DNA of 45,430 nt from Clostridia bacterium (GTDB lineage Bacteria; Bacillota; Clostridia; Oscillospirales; CAG-272). Made by a program: the position numbers and the translations under genes. The stretch is taken from positions 1 through 45,430 of the forward strand of contig JAFZRM010000030.1 of the NCBI GenBank assembly GCA_017619885.1, in the 5' to 3' direction. This document shows, one piece after another, positions 26,001-33,510 of the stretch. Every line of letters starts with the position of its first letter. Within the stretch, counting starts at the first letter, position 1. The notes below the pieces were generated by a model. It worked only from the letters and a program-made list of their open reading frames with translations, did no database searches and was not told where the DNA came from.

Positions 26001-27615
26001 GGCGGGCGGACGCCGTGATCGTGTCGTCCTCAAAGGCGACTTTACTGCTCGTGTCGATGACGTATCCCGCGTATTTTTCCGTGAACACGGAATAAGACGG
26101 CTGCGTCTGCATGTGGATCGTCACGTCCGCGTCCGGCATGATGAAATCGCCGGAGAGCGCCATGTTTTCGTCGTAGCGGAAATTCGTCATATCCTGACGT
26201 TTCGTCTCGCCGTCCTCGACCCAGGTTATCCAGGCGCCGGTCACTGAATAATCGCCGATCGTGTCGCCTTTATATGCCGTCATTTTCGCGGCGGTGACCG
26301 TGTCGCCCGGGACCGCTCTTTCGTTATGCGGCGGGATAGATATGTTGTACGAGCCGACCTCGCAGTGATAATGCGGGAAATGATCCTCTATCTGCGGATC
26401 GAGCACCGCGCCGGTGATCTTTCTGCCGATCTTAAAAAAATCGGCGCTGACTCGGACGTCGTGCTCGGGCATGACGAACGTATACGTGTCGGTCGTTTTG
26501 CCCGGGTAGACGAGGCTTCCCACGGTATATGTGTAATCGAGTTCGTGGCGCTGACCTTCGCCGTCGAGCCAGTAGATCGAGATCCCGTCGCCGTCAAAAT
26601 CGGTGGCGTAAAGCTTCGTGACGCTGACGGTGACCGACTCGCCGAGTCCCGCCTGCGATTTGTCGAGCTCTATCGTGTTGCCGGTGTTGTCAGGGTCGTC
26701 GTACGGGTCGACCGTGACCGTGTTTTCCCCGTGCTCGAATTCGGCGTAAACGTAGATCTTCTTGTTAGTCGGCTCTATGTAATCGGACAGCCGGTCCGGG
26801 AGCGTGACGGTGTAAGTGTTTTCGTCGACTTTTTCCCACTGCAGATCGACGTATCCGTCGAAATAGTTTTCGTTCTGCTCGTAACGTATGCGAGGATACT
26901 GCTTACCTTCGGATCCGGCGTAAGGATAGTATTTTCCGAGCACGGTGCCGGGCTTGCGGTCGACCGTGATCGTTATCGTTTCCCCGCCCGTCGCGGTGGT
27001 CTTGTCGACCGAGATCGAGCTGCCGGAACCGGTAAGGTCCTCGAACGAGCATTCGACGGGATAACCCTCTCCGGTGTACTCGAATACAGCCTTGACTTCA
27101 AAGATATATGATACGTCGAAGTTTTCGACTTTATAATAATAGTAACTGTATCCGTATTCGGTCCAGTCTTCAAATTCAAGAGAATACTCTCCGTAATTTC
27201 CTCCGATTATCTGCCTGACCTGCCATTCCTTGAATATCCAGCCCTCGTCGGGAACGGGATAAAAATGGATCTCGGCGCGGTACGGCAGGCTTTTGCCGGT
27301 GGTGCCGGACGCTACTATTCCCTGGTCGTCCGTAAACGTTCCGCCGACCATGTCGGTCGCGGCGATAAACCGCTGATTTTTTCCCTGAGTGCCGGTAGGC
27401 GGCGGGTTGGCGTTCAGGCCGTCGCTTTCCGGGGCTGTATTGCCCGGCGCCGCCGCGGGCGCGTCGGCGCTTCCCTGCACGTTATTCCCGGCGTCGTATA
27501 TCACGACCGATCCTTTTTCAGGCTGCGCGGAAAAATCCGCGGCGCACGCGAGGACCGCGCAGATATTTGAGATAAGCATCACAAAAACAAGAAGTGCGGA
27601 AATATATTTTCTCAT
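20089..27615 (-). CDS. giant secreted cell-surface protein (2,508 aa): signal peptide, beta-rich modules, Gly-rich beta-solenoid repeats, Flg_new (Listeria-Bacteroides) repeats, CnaB-type repeats, C-terminal TM anchor
   Basis: MRKYISALLVFVMLISNICAVLACA signal with GGAGAGG SD. About a dozen GG.V.A....GAGIGGG units. FTFVGWFADQG...VYAKWT. G(H/K)K.W.D.D.ADG.RPSSIT..L.ADG repeats. Tail VMFAGLGFALLNKKRRKKNEE. Confidence 0.9.
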   Translation of the reverse strand: MRKYISALLVFVMLISNICAVLACAADFSAQPEKGSVVIYDAGNNVQGSADAPAAAPGNTAPESDGLNANPPPTGTQGKNQRFIAATDMVGGTFTDDQGIVASGTTGKSLPYRAEIHFYPVPDEGWIFKEWQVRQIIGGNYGEYSLEFEDWTEYGYSYYYYKVENFDVSYIFEVKAVFEYTGEGYPVECSFEDLTGSGSSISVDKTTATGGETITITVDRKPGTVLGKYYPYAGSEGKQYPRIRYEQNENYFDGYVDLQWEKVDENTYTVTLPDRLSDYIEPTNKKIYVYAEFEHGENTVTVDPYDDPDNTGNTIELDKSQAGLGESVTVSVTKLYATDFDGDGISIYWLDGEGQRHELDYTYTVGSLVYPGKTTDTYTFVMPEHDVRVSADFFKIGRKITGAVLDPQIEDHFPHYHCEVGSYNISIPPHNERAVPGDTVTAAKMTAYKGDTIGDYSVTGAWITWVEDGETKRQDMTNFRYDENMALSGDFIMPDADVTIHMQTQPSYSVFTEKYAGYVIDTSSKVAFEDDTITASARLNDPDLGETFDGWVWSVVYYENGQPVSVPFTVDPSVPGRISFTMPAHSVTVGLVSDLAYVDRRWNGSSVVDDVKSPLEYRFVGAGTTTLTSGLWIVGQNLTFSDGLSVSGDVGLVLCDGVTLTVGKGLFVPEGSTLTVYGQSGGTGKLITTGSRGNAGIGGDINHASGEIIIKGGMITANGGTDAAGIGGGQEENSGYGPITIYGGTVEAIGGSCSAGIGGGQENPNNKAGSITIYGGTVHAHGGKSDLLDMNGGGAGIGSGEFQKSGPIYIYGGTVRAEVEKSSEGAAIGSGGGDIKHPADAGPIYIYGGDVEALASFHGAAIGGGSLGGITLVRIEGGRVIAGTISTPNDHTLYGGAGIGGGTGAAQGGTVEITGGYVEAHSQYGAGIGGGGLYGKDGGEVIIRGGEVYATSCYAAGIGGGGGRQAGSNKQGNGGTVTITGGYVFAASEAVGAGIGGGATDDGTGKGGDGGKLTVEGGYVVSTSGSFSYDWVNYVSTDVPGDAAEGFAAALGALLGKLIFSDPEDVSSGAIGGGFKGNGGTLIVRGGVVISNAGAGGKAVGGGSMSSSDGTISLPGNYAVKAGTDNNDAEYVNYDVRAESCRTHLYVEIRKCPHTNAVYTNITDTHHTFTCPHCGASQVTETHEYDDSDDHDCNRCGHERVFMTFDPGDGTGYMSRRVVGKGSEFTLPACVFTAPAGAVFAGWSCTVDGEVRVYPAGKKLNPETDIKFTAKWTADNRYNLWVSGVRVDSENKDDILGDGSAVYDPDTFTLTLGSPSFDNVHEGALIYADGFDLTVTGTAVFAGPAFGYAIYVKAGALTVGGDLKTAQTATVNALHAEYDVTVSNGTITVNGGSHGILAGGDLIIRAESVRVEANGNRSFGYRQITIEEGLVVTEFTYATRVLPADIEPARVNHIVLEHGNVIIYELNGGTLDGQTGRVRRTVDVGGAVVRPEPDPVRDGFTFVGWFADQGLTLEFDFDQRVTEDTTVYAKWTKAFTVSIEWQTAGEDEPLPESVSAVLQHRENGGWRTVQTLTLNAEGGWRGTFTYVAAPNDGAGDLFRIRELDKDGIVVLDSDDEYYASDVPSVILTVNGADTGYLVSYEREENGTHTTITNQSSKVYSVELGWDIDMWDQDRIDEMEVVLQRRVNIFDWEVLQILTVNQANNWQGEFEPVPVGTVNQTTGTFVQYKYRVRLLEPDDDEEEENPQPQDEEQQLQDAKERVIYDWLDLDKPFIKNMIELADPENAWTVDDTTDWVNLQAKTVFIPRSQFVAEIDEYTDGIGKRIEEHETQYDVKYSHDSGTHKTSITNTAVFDVSIFKRWINFEEDDMPDSVWLMLVSKVQEDYAERLGLSEYNIYTPVATVVYGDQINLLSIPGGEDGVLNDAIKDGLKALLGDELILSTVASAVIKTVIQKYTNTGIAIAEVDDEGSNPLTDWWAWMGVKKYGAFGVPMDFAGTELVTGLMEMVIDALIKALGIPKIHCPVMYDPINECWSIKGYALSLLHDYELTCNVINIKFHSDDAPTSISGKKTWEGDTEDDRPSEIKIHVYAKGDDGSRTEITGSPVTVTAENDWSWSLDIPLNDVAVVTEDGENSSVAYKDIEIEEEIPDGYEASYDGYDITNTYTGMKTVSGHKSWDDGDNADGIRPSSITVHLFADGEETASVTVTENEGWKWTFSELPIGEDGNKIEYTIREDEVPGYTAVIDGYNITNKHTPTPQQTVDITGHKIWDDDDDADGMRPSSITIRLLADGVEVASKTVSANGSWGWTFSGMPKYSGERLITYTITEDLVQGYTAQISGYNVKNTRSGMTGELVIVNTVTGDDTDDAFVYEIERTGGDTGFQKLTVVIHGSGSVKIVGVEPGTYRVTQTGWSWKYERSGADNVGVTVTAGEAAEAAFANSRNDKNWLRDEAAADNSMERSGEHSGTPGTPDGDKGDAGSRRSRLEKYDVMFAGLGFALLNKKRRKKNEE
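24545..25560 (-). repeat. coding tandem repeats (about 25-30 aa period) for the Gly-rich beta-solenoid region of the giant protein
   Basis: Units such as ITIYGGTVEAIGGSCSAGIGGGQEN, ITIYGGTVHAHGG..., IYIYGGTVRAE..., VEITGGYVEAHSQYGAGIGGGG, VIIRGGEVYATSCYAAGIGGGGG. Confidence 0.8.
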
Positions 27616-27923
27616 ACCGCCTCTCCTTTCACGCGCACCCCGGCGCCTGGAATAAAGTTCAGATAAGCCATGATACAGGACCCGTTTCATTCTATGTTTT
27701 GCCCTGCGCCGCGCTTGCCGCGCTGAGTCGCCGGACCGTTATTATCGGAGTTTATAATCCTTCAGTTTATATTATATCAGCGGCACTGTAATAAATCCAC
27801 CGTTCAATGATTGAGAGAATGTGAATTCAAATTTTATTTTTATTTTATAATATTATAATACTGATATTGTGAGAATTTCATTATTATATGAAAGGATTTA
27901 AAATAGCCGTCGGCAATTAAAAT

Positions 27924-27970
27924 GCCGCATATCCGGTGAAGATACCGGATATGCGGCGTCTTTATTTTTT
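27924..27970. terminator. terminator hairpin downstream of the dockerin-protein gene
   Basis: GCCGCATATCCGGT-6 nt-ACCGGATATGCGGC forms a 14-bp stem. T-runs follow on the plus side (GTCTTTATTTTTT) and ATTTTAATT on the minus side. Confidence 0.7.
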
Positions 27971-28000
27971 GTTTGGACTTATGCCGGTCAGATCATTTTT

Positions 28001-29320
28001 TTATTCAGCATACGGCACGCTCGACAACTCAACGTTCGCACCGCTGACGTATCTGAACAGGAGTACGACGTCCAAGTTGGTCGCATCTCCGTCGCCGTCG
28101 GGGTCAAGCGCCACTTTGACGACTTCGACTTTTCCGCCGCTGACGTATCTGAACAGCGCGACTACGTCCTGGTTGTCGACCGAACCGTCGCCGTTGACGT
28201 CGCCCGGTTCAAACGTATTATGACTTGATTGCGTGTCGGCGGTTATCGTTATTGAAGCCTCTACGTCCTGATCCGGTACAGAAGCGGTTATCGTCGCGGT
28301 CCCTTTTGACACCGCGGTGATCGTACCGTCGTCTGAAACCGAGACCGCTGACGGATTGCTGCTCTTCCACGTCAGTCCGGCGTATACGTTCCCGAGTCCG
28401 TACGACAATCCGAACACACCTCCGGAGGTCTTAACAGTCGCTCTGGCGATAACTTTTGAAGTCTGTCCGACGACTATTCCGGCGTCTGCCGACAGGCTGA
28501 GTTCACTTATCAGCGACGGCGCGACCTCGATCTTCTGCGCTACACGCCCGCCGATCCCCGCGATATCTTCCCTGATGTTAGGATCCGACTGCCACGAAGG
28601 TCTGGCGAATTGCGCGGCGACGGTCGTATACCTGTATGTGCTATCAGTACCGAGCATATTCGGATTCCAGAAACCCGACAATCCGATGTACAGATTATAC
28701 GGATTGATCATAGCCGTGTAATGACCGGTGACCGCGCCGGGAGTCTCGTTGACGTAATCGCTCTTTTCGCCGTACCACTGGTCGACCGCTTCAAGAAGCG
28801 CCGCCGTGTTATCGCGGTTCCAGTTCCATGCTATGACTTCACTGCAGGCTTTGATCCCGTATCCGTTATCGAAGGTCGACTGTGTATTTCCCCACTGCGT
28901 CGCCCCGATCCTTCCGTGCATACAATAAACCGATGCTTCAACGGCGCGCATCGCGGCTACCAGTTCAAGAAGCGTCGACCATTTTATCGGCACGTAATCT
29001 GACTCGGAAAGCGTCTTGCTTGAGTTTTCGGGATTCACCAGATGCTCTTTACAGGCTTCGAGCCTGATCTCGTTGACCCTGTCAAGCACGTCATTTTTCT
29101 CGTTTTCGCCTAACGTAACGAAAGACCCTTCTATAGCAACGACAAGGCTGCCGCCGCGAGGCGCCGACGTGAAATCGCCTTCACGAACGGTGTATTCATT
29201 ATCTGACGAGTCGGCTGCCCGGACGCGCGTCTGCTGCGAAGGCGCCGAGCTTATGATGATCATCGTGATGCAGATCAGTAAAACAGCGAACTTTTTAATT
29301 AAAACCTGTGCTTTTTTCAT
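28001..29320 (-). CDS. secreted CAP/SCP-domain protein with Big_2 Ig-like domain and C-terminal type-I dockerin (439 aa)
   Basis: Signal MKKAQVLIKKFAVLLICITMIIISSAP. CAP strings VNEIRLEA..., EVIAWNW, GHYTAMINP. Big_2 LTWKSSNPSAVSVSDDGTITAVSKGTATITA. Dockerin duplication GDVNGDGSVDNQDVVALFRYVSG / DPDGDGDATNLDVVLLFRYVSG. GGAGG SD. Confidence 0.85.
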   Translation of the reverse strand: MKKAQVLIKKFAVLLICITMIIISSAPSQQTRVRAADSSDNEYTVREGDFTSAPRGGSLVVAIEGSFVTLGENEKNDVLDRVNEIRLEACKEHLVNPENSSKTLSESDYVPIKWSTLLELVAAMRAVEASVYCMHGRIGATQWGNTQSTFDNGYGIKACSEVIAWNWNRDNTAALLEAVDQWYGEKSDYVNETPGAVTGHYTAMINPYNLYIGLSGFWNPNMLGTDSTYRYTTVAAQFARPSWQSDPNIREDIAGIGGRVAQKIEVAPSLISELSLSADAGIVVGQTSKVIARATVKTSGGVFGLSYGLGNVYAGLTWKSSNPSAVSVSDDGTITAVSKGTATITASVPDQDVEASITITADTQSSHNTFEPGDVNGDGSVDNQDVVALFRYVSGGKVEVVKVALDPDGDGDATNLDVVLLFRYVSGANVELSSVPYAE

Positions 29321-29454
29321 TGTGTTGACCTCCGGGTGTTGTTCAAGCAATCAGCGGTTTAATTTATTGACCGTTCAACGGAGCGGTCGTATTTTTATAA
29401 GAGTATAACGCAGCGGCCGTATGCGTTGTCGTCCCGCGTGAGATTATCAGTTTA

Positions 29455-29500
29455 CCGGCTGAAACAATGAACAACATCCCTTGTTTCAGCCGGTTTTTCA
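29455..29500 (+). terminator. strong hairpin + T-run oriented on the plus strand, between two minus-strand genes
   Basis: CCGGCTGAAACAA-13 nt-TTGTTTCAGCCGG followed by TTTTTCA. The minus-strand side lacks a U-run. Confidence 0.45.
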
Positions 29501-29546
29501 TAAATTGTCCTAAAATCTACGCGGACGGTTCGGGGGATGAGACGGC

Positions 29547-30701
29547 TCAAACCTCCGGGATGTCGACGGTGATCTCTTTGCCGAGTGCGGCGGAGCGGAC
29601 GATGCCGTCGATGATCGCCTGGTTGATGACGATCTCGCTCGAGGGCACGGTCGGCTTTCCGCCGAAGCGGATCGAATCGACGAACGCGCGCAGCTTCTTG
29701 AAGAACAGGTCGCCCGACGGTTTGAGCGGGACCTTGTATTCGATCTCCTCGCCGCAAAGCGTCTTGTAGATCGTCAGCGGAGCGCCGAAATCGCCGTTCC
29801 AGCAGTCGGTCGACGGGATCCTCAGACCGCCCTTCGTGCCGAGTATCAGCGCGTCGCCGGACGTATTCATATTCATCGCCCACGAGATACGGAAGTCGAG
29901 GATTATATCGCCCTCGAGTCTGACGAATCCGGCGGCGAAGTCGTCGACGCCGAACTTATCGGCATATTCCGGATGGCCGGGATAATACTCGGGATCCTTG
30001 CCGAAGAACGACGAGGTGTAGCCCGAGACGGTGAGCGGCTTCGGATATCCGACGGCTCCGAGCAGCATATCGAGCGAATACGTTCCGATATCGCCGACTG
30101 CGCCGATGCCGCCCGTGTTCTTTTCGATGAACGACGTTCCGAACGGCGTCGGGATGCCTCTGCGTCTGCCGCCGCCCGCCTGGATGTAATAGATCTTGCC
30201 GAGCTCTCCGGACTGCACGATCTTCTTGATCATCCGCATGTTCTCGCTCATTCTCGGCTGGAAGCCGATCGTGAGTATCTTTCCGCTGCGCTTCTCGGCG
30301 CGCATGACCTCGATCGCCTCGTCGAGCGTGACGGTGAACGGCTTTTCGAGCATGACGTTTATGCCGTGATCGAGCGCGTGTATCGCGCAGGGCGCGTGCT
30401 GGCAGTTGTAAGTGCAGATGCTGACTCCGTCAAGATCCTTTTCGTTTTCGACGAGCGCCAGATCGCTGTCGTAGATCCTGCAGTTTTTGATGCCGAACTG
30501 ATCAGCGAACTTCTGCGCTTTGCCCGGGATAATATCCGCGAGCGCGACGATCTCGACGTCGTCCATCTTCAGATATTCCTCGGCGTGCATGCCGGCGATC
30601 CAGCCGGTGCCGATGATGCCTATCCTGATCTTTCTGCCGGACACTTTCTTCTCTGTCTCATGGATCTGAGTGAAAGCGTCCAATCCTGCTGCTTTTCCCA
30701 T
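29547..30701 (-). CDS. Gfo/Idh/MocA family NAD(P)-dependent oxidoreductase
   Basis: IRIGIIGTGWIAGMHAEEY Rossmann opening. EKP motif (MLEKPFTV). GGGAG SD upstream of the ATG at 30701. Confidence 0.85.
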   Translation of the reverse strand: MGKAAGLDAFTQIHETEKKVSGRKIRIGIIGTGWIAGMHAEEYLKMDDVEIVALADIIPGKAQKFADQFGIKNCRIYDSDLALVENEKDLDGVSICTYNCQHAPCAIHALDHGINVMLEKPFTVTLDEAIEVMRAEKRSGKILTIGFQPRMSENMRMIKKIVQSGELGKIYYIQAGGGRRRGIPTPFGTSFIEKNTGGIGAVGDIGTYSLDMLLGAVGYPKPLTVSGYTSSFFGKDPEYYPGHPEYADKFGVDDFAAGFVRLEGDIILDFRISWAMNMNTSGDALILGTKGGLRIPSTDCWNGDFGAPLTIYKTLCGEEIEYKVPLKPSGDLFFKKLRAFVDSIRFGGKPTVPSSEIVINQAIIDGIVRSAALGKEITVDIPEV

Positions 30702-30789
30702 AGTTTTACTCCCTTTTTTAATATTTTGAGGCGTGCCGCACAACGGTCGGCGCGCCGTATTTACGTTGTAAGACTCTTTTTGCGAGCGC

Positions 30790-31962
<1,173 letters not shown>

Positions 31963-31982
31963 TTATTTTTTCCTTTCGGGGC

Positions 31983-33347
31983 TCATATCATTTTTTCGGG
32001 CCGTACTATGCCGTCGAATTCTTCCGTCGTCAGATAGCCGAGGCGCACCGCCTCTTCGCGGATCGTCGTGCCGTTTTTATGCGCGGTCTTCGCGATCACG
32101 GCGGCGTTGTCGTAGCCGATCTTCGGCGACAGACACGTCACGGTCATCAGAGTTTTGCTCAGGTTCTCCGCCATCTTCTCCCGGTCGGCTTTTATGCCCG
32201 CGAGGCAGTTCGACGTAAACGACCTCACCGCGTCGGACAGAAGCGTGACCGACTGTATGAAGTTATACGCGATCACGGGGATATAGACGTTCAACTGAAA
32301 ATTCCCCTGCGACGCCGCAAAACCGACGGTCACGTCGTTTCCCATGACCTGCGCGGCGACCATCGTCAGCGCCTCGCACTGCGTGGGGTTGACTTTTCCC
32401 GGCATTATCGACGATCCCGGTTCGTTTTCCGGGATCCTGATCTCGCCCAGGCCGCAGCGGGGGCCGGACGCGAGCCAGCGCACGTCGTTCGCTATCTTCA
32501 TCAGGTCGGCGGCGAGCGCTTTCAGCGCTCCGTGGGCCACGGCTGCGTCGTCTTTCGATGACAGTGCCCGGAATTTGTTTTCCGCCGTGTGGAAGGGGAT
32601 ACCGGTCAGCCCGGACACCGCGTCAGCCGCGGCCTCCGCGAAGCCGTCGGGACAGTTGAGGCCGGTCCCGACGGCTGTGCCGCCGAGCGCGAGGCCGGAC
32701 AGACCCTGATACGTTCCGCAGATCGCCGAAAGGCATCTTTCGATCATCGATCTCCAGCCGCCGATCTCCTGCGAGAACGCGATCGGGACCGCGTCCTGAA
32801 GATGCGTGCGGCCGACGGTGATCACGCCTTCGTTCTCTTCTTCAAGCCGCACAAGCGTCGTTATCATCTCCCCGAGCGCCGGCTCGAGCTTTCCGCGCAG
32901 CAGCTGCATCGCGGATACGTGAAGCGCCGTCGGGAACGTGTCGTTCGAGCTCTGGCTGAGATTTACGTGGTCGTTCGGGTGGAGCAGTTTTTCTCCCGCC
33001 AGCTCGTTGCCGCGGCAGGCGATGACCTCGTTCATATTCATGTTCGTCTGCGTGCCGCTGCCGGTCTGCCAGACGGACAGCGGGAAGTTGCCGTCAAGCG
33101 TACCGGCGAGTATCTCGTCGCAAACAGAGTAGATCAGCGCGGCGCGTCCGGAATCGAGCAGACCGAGCTTTTCGTTCGTCATCGCGCACGCCTTTTTTAT
33201 CACGGCGAACGCCTTTATTATCTGATCCGGCATCTTTTCGGCGCCGATCCTGAAGTTCTGCAGGCTCCTCTGTGTCTGTGCGCCCCAGTACCGGTCCGCC
33301 GGGACGTTCACCGATCCCATACTGTCTTTTTCGGTCCTGTATTCCAT
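31983..33347 (-). CDS. fumC: class II fumarate hydratase
   Basis: GSSIMPGKVNPTQCEA signature. MEYRTEKDSMGSVNVPADRYWGAQTQRS N-terminus. GGAGGAG SD directly upstream of the ATG at 33347 (the GTG at 33359 lies within that SD). Confidence 0.92.
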   Translation of the reverse strand: MEYRTEKDSMGSVNVPADRYWGAQTQRSLQNFRIGAEKMPDQIIKAFAVIKKACAMTNEKLGLLDSGRAALIYSVCDEILAGTLDGNFPLSVWQTGSGTQTNMNMNEVIACRGNELAGEKLLHPNDHVNLSQSSNDTFPTALHVSAMQLLRGKLEPALGEMITTLVRLEEENEGVITVGRTHLQDAVPIAFSQEIGGWRSMIERCLSAICGTYQGLSGLALGGTAVGTGLNCPDGFAEAAADAVSGLTGIPFHTAENKFRALSSKDDAAVAHGALKALAADLMKIANDVRWLASGPRCGLGEIRIPENEPGSSIMPGKVNPTQCEALTMVAAQVMGNDVTVGFAASQGNFQLNVYIPVIAYNFIQSVTLLSDAVRSFTSNCLAGIKADREKMAENLSKTLMTVTCLSPKIGYDNAAVIAKTAHKNGTTIREEAVRLGYLTTEEFDGIVRPEKMI

Positions 33348-33451
33348 ACGCTCCTCCACGGCTTATCATCTACCTGTAATTGTACCACGGATAAGACGAT
33401 TTGTCAATGAAACAACGGTTAAAACAGATGAAAGAAAATAAAAAATCTCCC

Positions 33452-33480
33452 TTGCAAAACCGTGTTTTATGTGTTATAAT
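33452..33480 (+). promoter_or_regulatory. sigma-70 promoter
   Basis: TTGCAA-17 nt-TATAAT, 30 nt upstream of the ATG at 33511. Confidence 0.55.
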
Positions 33481-33510
33481 CAGATCAATAACATCCGCGG
33501 GAGAACGATC

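Noticed and set aside
20230-27111. Long plus-strand ORFs opposite the giant surface-protein gene (for example 20230-21786 at 518 aa, 24853-26247 at 464 aa, 26326-27111)
   Set aside because: These are antisense shadow ORFs typical of GC-rich coding DNA. Their products are Arg/Ala/Val/Asp-rich with no motifs, whereas the minus-strand frame carries clear domain repeats and a signal peptide.
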